In this document: piece by piece, positions 26,084 to 34,892 of the stretch | How positions within the stretch are numbered: the stretch's first letter is position 1 | Layout of the letters: the number at the start of each line of letters is the position of its first letter | Assembly: GCA_016928815.1 (NCBI GenBank) | Contig: JAFGJZ010000177.1 | Coordinates: 987 to 64,986 of the forward strand | Length of the DNA stretch: 64,000 nucleotides | Direction: 5' to 3' | DNA from: Spirochaetota bacterium | GTDB taxonomy: Bacteria > Spirochaetota > UBA4802 > JAFGJZ01 | The notes under the pieces: model-generated | What the model was told of the DNA's origin: nothing | Databases searched by the model: none | The model's input: only the letters and a program-made list of their open reading frames with translations | Position numbers and translations under genes: made by a program

Positions 26084-28675
26084 ATGGAAAATATAATTTA
26101 TTTTAATAAAAGTCTGAAAAAAGTTGATGATAAAGTAAGAAACCGGCTGGGAATCAGGGGAAGAAGAGCTGTCGATCTGGCTCAGATGGGTTTCCCTATT
26201 GTACCGGGTTTTATAATTGATTCCGAATTAACGCAAAAGCTTAATGAAGTAAATCTTAAACAGATGCTGAAGAGTAACATTGCTACAATAGAAAAGGAAA
26301 TGGGTAAGGTTTTTGGCGACCCTTCCAACCCTTTATTACTGAAGGTTGTGTTAAGTTCCGATTTGAATGTTCCGTTTTTCCCGTCAATACATAATATAGG
26401 ACTTAATAATGATACTGTTCGCGGTTTTGCTAAATCAACTGAAGATGAGACATTTGCATATGGCGAATTCGCTTTTCTTCTTAAAAGCATTGGAACCAAA
26501 CTTCTTGATGTTGAGCCTGGAAAGTTTTCTGATTCTGTTAAGAAGACTCCCGAGCAGCTTAGAAAGGGTATTGAAAGTGATAAAAAAATACTTGAGGCTA
26601 ATTTTTATGATGATGTTTATGATCAATTAAGCATGATTCTTAAAAAAGCTGCTGAAAAATACTGTGATTCCGACATTGATGTAGATAATTCCTTAACTCT
26701 GATGGTTCAGGCAATGGTTTACGGTAATCTAGGCAAAAATTCATTTTCAGGTTATTATTATACCAGAGATATGATTACCGGCAATAATGAAATACAGGGA
26801 TTATATCTTCAAAATGAGTTTGATGTGTCTGAAAAAAACGGGAAAACTATAAATAATATTGATAAAAAATATTTTGATAAGCTTGCGCAAATAGGCAGGA
26901 AAGTTGAAGAGGAATTCAGGGAAATCAGACATATTAAATTTACTATTGAAGAAGGAAATTTATGGCTGGTAGAGCAGCGGGAAGTTGATGAAAAATCAAC
27001 ACAGGCCCATCTCGCAACATTGATTGATCTAAAAAAGAAAAAAATTGTGGACTCAAAGTATATAATTAATCACATGAAGCCTGTTCAGTTAAATGAACTT
27101 CTGCATCCAATTATTGATCCGCGTACAATTAAAGGCATAAAAAGCATGAAAGGCGGAATATCCGGTTCTTCAGGCGCCGCGATAGGGAAGGTTTATTTTT
27201 CAACGGAGAAGCTGCTTGAAGAATATAAAAAGGCCATGCTTCACGGTGAAGATACGAGTATGATTCTTGTAATGGAAGCGACTTATGCCGAAGATGTAAA
27301 AGCGATTGAAGTGGCACAGGGCGTTATCAGTACTGAGGGCGGTTTTTCTTCGCATGCTCCCGTTGTTGCCAGAAGTCTCGGTAAAGTTGCCACTGTTCAG
27401 CCGGATATGAAAATTAAGGGAAATACATTTACAATACAGGGGCAGACCGTCAAAGAAGGTGAATACATTTCATTAAATGTGCCATTTTATGATGTTCCTA
27501 CATTATATCTTGGTAAAGTCGGACTTATTGAACCTGATTTTGATAAAAACGGTCTTTTTGAGTTCGTTAAACTTACACAGGAATTTGTAGGTGATTTTGA
27601 TGTCAGAGTAAATGCTGATCAGCCAAGGGAAGCCGCACTTGCAAGACAGTTTCTTGCCCAGGGTGTAGGTCTTTGCCGTACCGAACATATGTTTTTTAAT
27701 GAAAAAAGAATTATGAAATTCAGACAGATGATTCTTGCACAGGGTGAAAAGAACAGGAGAAAAGTGCTTGATGAATTGCGTCCTATGCAGCGGTCGGATT
27801 TTTATGAATTATTTAAAATTATGAACGGTCTCCCGGTAACAATAAGACTTCTGGATGCTCCTTTACATGAATTTCTTCCGCGTTCGGAAGCCGCAATGAA
27901 GGAATTTCTGGCATTTGTCCATCAGAAAGACAAAACGCTTAAACTTCAGGATGTTGCTTCAAGATGTGAAGAACTGCATGAGATGAATCCGATGCTCGGT
28001 CACAGAGGATGCCGTGTCGCTATTACATATCCGGAAATTTATGAAATGCAATGCCGTGCCATTTTTGAATCGGCATGTATGCTGAAAAAAGAAGGAGTTA
28101 ATGTTAAACCTGAAATCATGATTCCTATTGTAATGAGCGAACAGGAATTAAAATTCATTAAAAACGGTAAGAAGATTGAGGGAACGACAGTTAAAGGAAT
28201 ACGTGATATTAAAAATGAAGTTTGTGAAGAATATGGAATAAAGGATATTGAATATAAGGTCGGTTCCATGATTGAGCTTCCTGCAGCTGCATTAAGAGCC
28301 GGTAATATTGCTCAATATGCTGAGTTTTTCAGTTTTGGTACAAATGATTTAACTCAGACAACATACGGACTATCACGGGATGATTCAAATTCATTTTTTC
28401 CAAGTTATACCCTTTATGACCTTTTACAGCATAATCCGTTCCAGGTACTTGGAGACGAGGTAAAAGAACTGATAGCGACTGCTTCACTTCGTGGCAGGTT
28501 GACGCGTCCTAACATAAAGATCGGTCTTTGCGGAGAGCATGGTGCAGATCCAGAAAATATCAGGTTTTGCGCAGAAGTCGGATTAAATTATGTTTCATGT
28601 TCCCCTTATTCAATTCCTCTTGCAAAACTGGCAATTGCCCAGATGAGTCTTGCTGCTGAAGATCAGAAAAAATAG
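26084..28675 (+). CDS. ppdK: Pyruvate,phosphate dikinase-like protein with degenerate nucleotide-binding domain
   Basis: GGFSSHAPVVAR phosphocarrier, GLCRTEHMF, TIRLLD, NPMLGHRGCR, FSFGTNDLTQ and LCGEHG are intact; N-terminal ATP-grasp motifs are altered. Confidence 0.9.
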   Translation: MENIIYFNKSLKKVDDKVRNRLGIRGRRAVDLAQMGFPIVPGFIIDSELTQKLNEVNLKQMLKSNIATIEKEMGKVFGDPSNPLLLKVVLSSDLNVPFFPSIHNIGLNNDTVRGFAKSTEDETFAYGEFAFLLKSIGTKLLDVEPGKFSDSVKKTPEQLRKGIESDKKILEANFYDDVYDQLSMILKKAAEKYCDSDIDVDNSLTLMVQAMVYGNLGKNSFSGYYYTRDMITGNNEIQGLYLQNEFDVSEKNGKTINNIDKKYFDKLAQIGRKVEEEFREIRHIKFTIEEGNLWLVEQREVDEKSTQAHLATLIDLKKKKIVDSKYIINHMKPVQLNELLHPIIDPRTIKGIKSMKGGISGSSGAAIGKVYFSTEKLLEEYKKAMLHGEDTSMILVMEATYAEDVKAIEVAQGVISTEGGFSSHAPVVARSLGKVATVQPDMKIKGNTFTIQGQTVKEGEYISLNVPFYDVPTLYLGKVGLIEPDFDKNGLFEFVKLTQEFVGDFDVRVNADQPREAALARQFLAQGVGLCRTEHMFFNEKRIMKFRQMILAQGEKNRRKVLDELRPMQRSDFYELFKIMNGLPVTIRLLDAPLHEFLPRSEAAMKEFLAFVHQKDKTLKLQDVASRCEELHEMNPMLGHRGCRVAITYPEIYEMQCRAIFESACMLKKEGVNVKPEIMIPIVMSEQELKFIKNGKKIEGTTVKGIRDIKNEVCEEYGIKDIEYKVGSMIELPAAALRAGNIAQYAEFFSFGTNDLTQTTYGLSRDDSNSFFPSYTLYDLLQHNPFQVLGDEVKELIATASLRGRLTRPNIKIGLCGEHGADPENIRFCAEVGLNYVSCSPYSIPLAKLAIAQMSLAAEDQKK

Positions 28676-28684
28676 AAAAACTCC

Positions 28685-28727
28685 AAAATCAAAAAAACTT
28701 CCCCGAACGGGAAGTTTTTTTGATTTT
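28685..28727 (+). terminator. Rho-independent terminator after the ppdK-like gene
   Basis: AAAATCAAAAAAACTTCCC-CGAAC-GGGAAGTTTTTTTGATTTT, a 19-bp inverted repeat. Confidence 0.85.
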
Positions 28728-28796
28728 TAAAAAAATTCTTGCTAAAATAATAATATAATAAATGTTTTAACCATAATTTCAATGAGGTATATTATA

Positions 28797-28994
28797 ATGA
28801 GTGATATTAATAAAGATATGACATTTGGAGAGCTTTTGGATAAATATCCCGATAAAGCTCCAATATTAGGTGCATATGGTCTGCATTGTATTGGTTGTCA
28901 TATTGCTGTTTTTGAAACAATTGAGCAGGGAGCTCAGGCTCATGGTCTTGATGATGCTCAAATTGAAGAAATGCTTAAAAAACTTAATAGTTGA
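28797..28994 (+). CDS. DUF1858 domain protein (hybrid cluster protein-associated redox disulfide domain)
   Basis: INKDMTFGELL..YP...GLHCIGC....ETIEQGAQAHGLD; RBS GAGG. Confidence 0.9.
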   Translation: MSDINKDMTFGELLDKYPDKAPILGAYGLHCIGCHIAVFETIEQGAQAHGLDDAQIEEMLKKLNS

Positions 28995-29012
28995 TTATTA
29001 TTATGCGCTTAA

Positions 29013-29050
29013 AATAAAAAAAAGCTGTCAATTGACAGCTTTTTTTTATT
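29013..29050. terminator. Bidirectional terminator (perfect 38-bp palindrome) between the DUF1858 gene and the tRNAs
   Basis: AATAAAAAAAAGCTGTCAATTGACAGCTTTTTTTTATT. Confidence 0.8.
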
Positions 29051-29131
29051 GGTGAGGGAAGGATTCGAACCTTCGAAGGTGACACCGACAGATTTACAGT
29101 CTGTTCCCTTTGGCCGCTCGGGAACCTCACC
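29050..29131 (-). tRNA. tRNA-Tyr(GTA)
   Basis: GGTGAGGTTCCCGAGCGGCCAAAGGGAACAGACTGTAAATCTGTCGGTGTCACCTTCGAAGGTTCGAATCCTTCCCTCACCA; long variable arm; CCA not encoded. Confidence 0.97.
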
Positions 29132-29136
29132 CTGTG

Positions 29137-29209
29137 AGCTGGTGAGAGGAATTGAACCCCCAACCTACTGATTACAAATCAGTTGCTCTACCAATTGAGC
29201 TACACCAGC
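29137..29209 (-). tRNA. tRNA-Thr(TGT)
   Basis: GCTGGTGTAGCTCAATTGGTAGAGCAACTGATTTGTAATCAGTAGGTTGGGGGTTCAATTCCTCTCACCAGCT; CCA not encoded. Confidence 0.97.
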
Positions 29210-29530
29210 AAACGTGAGTAAACATATCGAATTTTATAGCGGAACTGTCAACAAAAAAAATCAAAAAAAATTAAACTAATTTCAATTGCCAATTTATCAA
29301 AAATTCAAGAATCAGCATGTGTTGGACGATTATATGTACATTGGGTGAAATTTATTTGTATGTTTTGATATAAAATGTGTGACAAAATTAGAGTAAAATT
29401 ATAATTTGACAATTGTATAAAAATCCTTTTAAATAATAATTGCAACAGCTGATTTTATTTTGCCGCCATTTAATCAGGCGTTTAATAATAACTGTACTGT
29501 TTATCCTGTTTAAAAAAGGTAAAGGAAATA

Positions 29531-30853
29531 ATGTTAAAAAAGATAATTATCTTTATTCTGATACTGAATTTTACTTATCATTTATCAGCTGCTGAAAATA
29601 AGGTTGTTACCTATTCTGATTGTGTACAAATCGCACTTGAAAATAATCCTCAAATCAAATATATGCAGGAAACTGAAAAAATATATCTGTCCAGTTTGAA
29701 GAAAGCAGAATCTTCAAAAACCGTACAGATTGACGGAAGCGTAAGTACCTCAAAGGGCGATGTGTCAGGTTCGGAGGCGATTGGCAGTATGGCACTTACG
29801 GCCGGTATTGGTATTACTTATGGTATTTTTATTCCGGGACGGGATACAGCAATAGATTTAAGCAAGGATGCTATTTATCTGAACAAACTGACAGGCAAGA
29901 TTAAACTTAATGAAATAATTTTTGAGGTTAAACAGTCATATTTTAACTATATTAAGGCCATGAATAATGCAATGTTACGTAAAACAATCCTGGATAAATA
30001 TTCTCTTGTTTACAGAAAAAATACGATATATTTTGAAGCCGGTAATCTGCGGCCTTATGTCTATAATACCATTGAAATACAGTATAATCAGCTGCGTCTC
30101 GAGTATGAAATTGCAGTGCAGGATGAGAAAAACGCGAGATCGGCCCTGTTTTTAAGCATGGGGATTTCTGAACCTGAAACAGAATTTGTTATTGATACTA
30201 ATCTGACTTTACCTGTTTTTAACCTGACTTATGAACAGCTTGAAAGGATTTCGATCATACTTTCCCCGGAAATTTCAATTGCAAAAATGAAACGTGAGAT
30301 GGCCAGAAAGACAATTACTTCAGCCAGGGAAAAACGTCTTCCTACAGTTTCTACAAATGCATTTGCCGGTTTTGAAAACGGAAATGCTGTTGATCCTTAC
30401 AATACTGAAGATTTATCAACACGTATGGAGGTAAATAACTGGAGTCCGGTTTTCGGTATTACTTTCAGCCTGGCAATTCCAATTTACAGGGGAGGCGCCA
30501 TAAACTCTGAAATTGAAAAATCGATTTCACAATATAACCAGTCTGTTTATGATGAGAAAAGTGTTATTCTGAAGGTAAACCAGAGTTTGCTTACCAATTT
30601 TGAAAAGCTGAAATTTTTAAAAAGGCAGATAGAAATTTCAGAGAAGACACTTCTGAATTCAAAGAAAAATTTTGAATTAATTGAAAAATCATATAATGCG
30701 GGAATTGCGGATATTACAGATATAAATACAGCAAATGAAAATCTTCTTCAGGTTGAAACTCAGAATTTTTCCCTGAAGATTGATTATTTAATGACAGTTA
30801 CAAAAATTGCCCATATAATCGGTATCAGTGAGGAAGAATTATGTTCAAAATAA
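29531..30853 (+). CDS. TolC family outer membrane efflux protein
   Basis: Signal peptide; IALENNP, VKQSYF, LPTV, IPIYRGG and YNAG patterns; first gene of an exporter operon. Confidence 0.88.
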   Translation: MLKKIIIFILILNFTYHLSAAENKVVTYSDCVQIALENNPQIKYMQETEKIYLSSLKKAESSKTVQIDGSVSTSKGDVSGSEAIGSMALTAGIGITYGIFIPGRDTAIDLSKDAIYLNKLTGKIKLNEIIFEVKQSYFNYIKAMNNAMLRKTILDKYSLVYRKNTIYFEAGNLRPYVYNTIEIQYNQLRLEYEIAVQDEKNARSALFLSMGISEPETEFVIDTNLTLPVFNLTYEQLERISIILSPEISIAKMKREMARKTITSAREKRLPTVSTNAFAGFENGNAVDPYNTEDLSTRMEVNNWSPVFGITFSLAIPIYRGGAINSEIEKSISQYNQSVYDEKSVILKVNQSLLTNFEKLKFLKRQIEISEKTLLNSKKNFELIEKSYNAGIADITDINTANENLLQVETQNFSLKIDYLMTVTKIAHIIGISEEELCSK

Positions 30854-31938
30854 AATCCAGAAAAAGTGTGCTGTTTCTTGCAGCAGCAATTGCAGTAATA
30901 ATAATCCTTGTTATCAGAGGCTGTAATAAAGAATCAAAAATTTCATATGAGTATGGTGATGTAGACCGTGGAGCTGTTGAAAAGACAATTTCGGTAAGCG
31001 GAAAGCTTGAACTGTATGACAGTATTATTGTGAAGAGTGAAATTCCCGGAGAAATTATTGAAAATAATGTCGTTTATAATGATAAAGTTTCAAAAGGTCA
31101 GCTTCTGCTGAGAATTAAGTCTGATGCGGTGGACGATGCTTATAATTCCTATAAAAGTACCTATACTGTTGCAAAAAATGATCTTGATAATTACCGTCAG
31201 TTTCTAAAGATTCAGAAGAAATTATATGATGAACTGTTAATTTCCAAAAAAGAATATGATGAAGTCAGACTGACATATGACAGAAAATATTCAACCTATG
31301 AAGATGTGCTTGAGCAGTACAATAACCGTGCTGAAAATGTTAAGAAAAAGAACGTGTATTCTCCAGTCAGCGGCATTGTTATCCAGTCCTATATTGAAGA
31401 AAAATCGGAAGTGGCGGGTAATACACCGCTGTTTCTAATATCCACTACTTTGAAAAAAATGAAACTTACAATTAATATCGATGAAGCTGATATCGGATTT
31501 ATTAAAAACGGTCAGAAACTTACCTTTACAGTAAGCGCATATCCGGATAATGTGTTTTCGGGTGAAATCAAACAGGTCAGAATGAACCCTACCGCAAAGC
31601 AAAGCGTTGTAACATATGAGGCACTTGTTGAATGCGAGAATAATGATGAGCTGCTCAGACCGGGAATGACGGTCACCGCTACCGTTGATGTAAATAAAAA
31701 GGAGAATGTGTTAAGGGTGCAGAATCAGGCTCTGCTCGTTTCTCCGGTTGATAAATCCATAAAACCGGGTGAGAAATTTGTCTGGGTTTATGATAAAAAA
31801 TCCGGAAAAGAGCTGCCGATGAGAGAAGTACCGGTTGTTACGGGTCTGTATGGTGACACTTACACCGAGATTGTCAGCGGTGAACTGTCTGAGAAAGATA
31901 AAGTGCTTATCGGTATTCATGTAAATGCTGTGAAATAA
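30841..31938 (+). CDS. MacA-like periplasmic adaptor (membrane fusion protein)
   Basis: VYSPVSGIV, IDEADIG, FTVSAYPD, LRPGMT, V.TGL. Confidence 0.92.
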   Translation: MFKIKSRKSVLFLAAAIAVIIILVIRGCNKESKISYEYGDVDRGAVEKTISVSGKLELYDSIIVKSEIPGEIIENNVVYNDKVSKGQLLLRIKSDAVDDAYNSYKSTYTVAKNDLDNYRQFLKIQKKLYDELLISKKEYDEVRLTYDRKYSTYEDVLEQYNNRAENVKKKNVYSPVSGIVIQSYIEEKSEVAGNTPLFLISTTLKKMKLTINIDEADIGFIKNGQKLTFTVSAYPDNVFSGEIKQVRMNPTAKQSVVTYEALVECENNDELLRPGMTVTATVDVNKKENVLRVQNQALLVSPVDKSIKPGEKFVWVYDKKSGKELPMREVPVVTGLYGDTYTEIVSGELSEKDKVLIGIHVNAVK

Positions 31939-31947
31939 GGATCGGTT

Positions 31948-32691
31948 ATGGCTAAAGCTGAAAATGTAATTGAAATTAAAAATTTATCAAAAATATATAA
32001 TGCAGGAGAGGATATTGCAGTTCATGCACTATCGGACGTTAATCTGGCTGTAAAGAGATCCGAATTTCTTGCAATAATGGGTCCTTCAGGGTCCGGCAAA
32101 TCAACTTTTATGAATATTCTGGGTTTTCTTGATTCACCGACATTGGGCAAGTATATAATTGACGGTATAGACGGAAGTTCCCTGAATAATGATCAGAAGG
32201 CGGATATTCGAAATCAGAAAATCGGATTTATATTTCAGGGATTCAATTTACTGGCAAGGACATCTGCACTGGAAAATGTTGAGCTGCCTCTTTTCTACAG
32301 AGGTACCGTCAGTTCAAAGCAGATGAGAGAAAAAGCGGCGGAGCTGCTGAAACTGGTAGGGCTTGGAGGGCGTGAGCATCATATTCCGAGCAGGCTTTCA
32401 GGCGGTGAGCAGCAGCGGGTTGCGATAGCAAGATCCCTGATAAATGATCCGGCGATTATTCTAGCAGATGAACCTACAGGAAATCTTGATACCAAAACCA
32501 CAAATGATATAATGAATCTTTTCAGAAAACTTAATGATGAATTGGGTATTACAATAATAATTGTAACCCATGAACCTGAAGTAGCTGATTTTACAAAACG
32601 TAAAATTGTTTTCCGGGATGGCAAGCTGATCCAGGATGTTCTGACCAAGAAGAAGAAAAATGCAGGTTATACAAGGGAATTGTATAAATGA
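31948..32691 (+). CDS. ABC transporter ATP-binding protein (MacB/LolD-like)
   Basis: GPSGSGKST, LSGGEQQRVAIAR, ILADEPTGNLD, VTHE. Confidence 0.95.
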   Translation: MAKAENVIEIKNLSKIYNAGEDIAVHALSDVNLAVKRSEFLAIMGPSGSGKSTFMNILGFLDSPTLGKYIIDGIDGSSLNNDQKADIRNQKIGFIFQGFNLLARTSALENVELPLFYRGTVSSKQMREKAAELLKLVGLGGREHHIPSRLSGGEQQRVAIARSLINDPAIILADEPTGNLDTKTTNDIMNLFRKLNDELGITIIIVTHEPEVADFTKRKIVFRDGKLIQDVLTKKKKNAGYTRELYK

Positions 32692-33872
32692 AACTCTCCA
32701 TCAGCATACATTCTGCAATAACAACTCTGAAAAAAAACCGTACACGTTCAACACTGACAAGTATCGGGATTGTGATCGGGGTTGCATCCGTTATTATGAT
32801 GGTCGGATTCGGATATAGTGCAAAAATCGTAGTCAGGCAGAAAGTTTTTTCTTTCGGTGAGAATGCTGTTGTGGTGCAGGGAAGCCCAAAAGAATTTATA
32901 ACGGCAAAAGACTCAAAATATTTACGCGATAATTTTTATGAAATTAAATATGCTTCTCTCAATACAACCGAAAAAAATATCAGAATATCAAAAGGTTCCA
33001 AGGTTGCATCGACTTTGTTAAATGCTGTAGAAAATGATTTTTTTCAGATACAGGGCTGGAAATTAAAATACGGATCATATTTCAGCAGGGAACAGATGGA
33101 TAATCTGGAAAATGTAGTAATAGTCGGTGACACTATCCGCAAGAATTTCATAGGTTTTACCGACCCTGTCGGTCAGGAAATAATAATTGACGGGAAACCG
33201 TTCAGAATTATCGGCTCATTGGAGCCGCGCGGTCTGACATTTACACAGACTGATTTTGATGATTTTGTGGCAATGCCATATATGACATTTCATTCAAGAA
33301 TTAAAAATGAAAAAATCAGAACGGAATTATTTGTCGGAGCGGTTGATGAGCAATCGCTCGGGAAAGCAATTAATATTCTGAAAAGTTATTTCAGGCAGAA
33401 GTATAATCAGACTGCGGATGAAAAGGACGACTTTGTGATTTTGACCAATGATGAGAATCTTGAAATCGCCGAATATATATCGCTTACTCTGTCCTCCTTA
33501 CTGATCGGAATCGCGTCAATATCGCTCATTGTAGGAGGAATCGGTATTATGAATATTATGCTTGTTTCTGTCAGCGAGCGGACAAGGGAAATAGGAATCA
33601 GAATGGCCATTGGAGCCAGAAACAGGGATATTCTGATGCAGTTTATAATTGAATCGGTGACACTGTGCGTTCTCGGCGGAATTACCGGAATTCTTCTCGG
33701 TTACCTGATATATTTCATTATTATTCTGATGCTAGGATGGCAATTCTACTTTTCACTGTTATCTATAATTATCTCTTTTTCATTTGCATGTTTCGTAGGT
33801 ATTTTTTTCGGATATTATCCTGCGAAAAAAGCGGCTAAACTTAATCCAATAGATGCTTTAAGATATGAATAA
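32688..33872 (+). CDS. ABC transporter permease (MacB/FtsX family)
   Basis: RSTLTSIGIVIGV, GGIGIMNIMLVSVSERTREIGIRMAIGA, YPAKKAAKLNPIDALRYE. Confidence 0.95.
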   Translation: MKLSISIHSAITTLKKNRTRSTLTSIGIVIGVASVIMMVGFGYSAKIVVRQKVFSFGENAVVVQGSPKEFITAKDSKYLRDNFYEIKYASLNTTEKNIRISKGSKVASTLLNAVENDFFQIQGWKLKYGSYFSREQMDNLENVVIVGDTIRKNFIGFTDPVGQEIIIDGKPFRIIGSLEPRGLTFTQTDFDDFVAMPYMTFHSRIKNEKIRTELFVGAVDEQSLGKAINILKSYFRQKYNQTADEKDDFVILTNDENLEIAEYISLTLSSLLIGIASISLIVGGIGIMNIMLVSVSERTREIGIRMAIGARNRDILMQFIIESVTLCVLGGITGILLGYLIYFIIILMLGWQFYFSLLSIIISFSFACFVGIFFGYYPAKKAAKLNPIDALRYE

Positions 33873-33914
33873 ATTTTATTTCTTCAAAAAATGAGACATA
33901 TTTAAAAAATACTA

Positions 33915-33943
33915 TAAAGACATAATCTTGTTTCTTCCGATAA
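33915..33943 (+). promoter_or_regulatory. Putative sigma28-type promoter upstream of the xerD operon
   Basis: TAAAG-N16-TCCGATAA; 33932-33950 matches 9261-9279 at 18 of 19 positions. Confidence 0.45.
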
Positions 33944-33995
33944 ATATAATAGATTAAAGAACAATGTTCCTTTTATTGTGCTAAGGAGAAACAAG

Positions 33996-34892
33996 TTGAA
34001 AGAGACTAAAGAGATAACGAGATTTAAAAGATTCTTAAAAGTTGAAAAAGGATTATCGCCGAATTCTATTTATTCCTATGCATATGATCTGAAAAAATTC
34101 AGTGAATTTCTTGAAGATAGAAATAAATCGATACTTACCGCCAATCAGGATGACATTCAGAAATTCCTTTCCTTTGAAAAAACCAAAAAACATAATTCCT
34201 CCAGAACAATGGCGCGGTCACTTGCTGCAATAAGACAATTTTATAATTTTATTTCAAATGCGGCTGTTGATAACATTGAAAACCCGACAATTAAAATCGA
34301 AACACCGCAGATAAGAAAATCACTTCCGGATTTTCTGACGACAGAGGAAGTAGATAAACTATTTGATTCAATATCCGAAACAGATGTGTATGAGCTGCGC
34401 GACAAGGCGATATTTGAACTTCTTTATTCATGCGGACTGCGGATTACGGAAGCGATTGACCTGAAATTTACCGATGTGGACTTTGAAAATAATATTCTTC
34501 GAGTTACAGGAAAAGGCAATAAAGAGAGGCTTGTACCTCTCGGTGCTGAGGCGCTCCGGCTGATTAAATTATTTCAGAAAAAATCCCGTGAGGAAATTCT
34601 GGGAATAAGATTAAGTGAATATCTCTTCATCAGCAAAAAAGGATCACAGCTTAACAGAAAGTCTGTTTGGCGTCTGCTTAAAGGCTATGTCGGCCGCACT
34701 GATATAGTAAAAAACATTACCCCGCATACCCTGAGACATTCATTTGCCACTCACATGCTTGAAAACGGTGCTGACCTGAGATCCGTTCAGGAGCTGCTTG
34801 GTCACATGGATATATCGACAACACAGATATATACGCATCTTGCTAAGAAAAAACTGCAGGATTATCATAAACAATTTCATCCGAAGGCTTAA
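33996..34892 (+). CDS. xerD: Site-specific tyrosine recombinase XerD
   Basis: EKGLS.NS..SY..DL, LYSCGLRITE, GKGNKERLVP, TPHTLRHSFATH, LLGH, TTQIYTH; RBS AAGGAG before TTG 33996. Confidence 0.9.
   Translation: MKETKEITRFKRFLKVEKGLSPNSIYSYAYDLKKFSEFLEDRNKSILTANQDDIQKFLSFEKTKKHNSSRTMARSLAAIRQFYNFISNAAVDNIENPTIKIETPQIRKSLPDFLTTEEVDKLFDSISETDVYELRDKAIFELLYSCGLRITEAIDLKFTDVDFENNILRVTGKGNKERLVPLGAEALRLIKLFQKKSREEILGIRLSEYLFISKKGSQLNRKSVWRLLKGYVGRTDIVKNITPHTLRHSFATHMLENGADLRSVQELLGHMDISTTQIYTHLAKKKLQDYHKQFHPKA

Noticed and set aside
33996..34892. Tyrosine recombinase as a prophage or island integrase
   Set aside because: The sequence is XerD-like and coupled to housekeeping genes. It is 4.8 kb from the tRNAs, and I saw no att repeats or phage genes.
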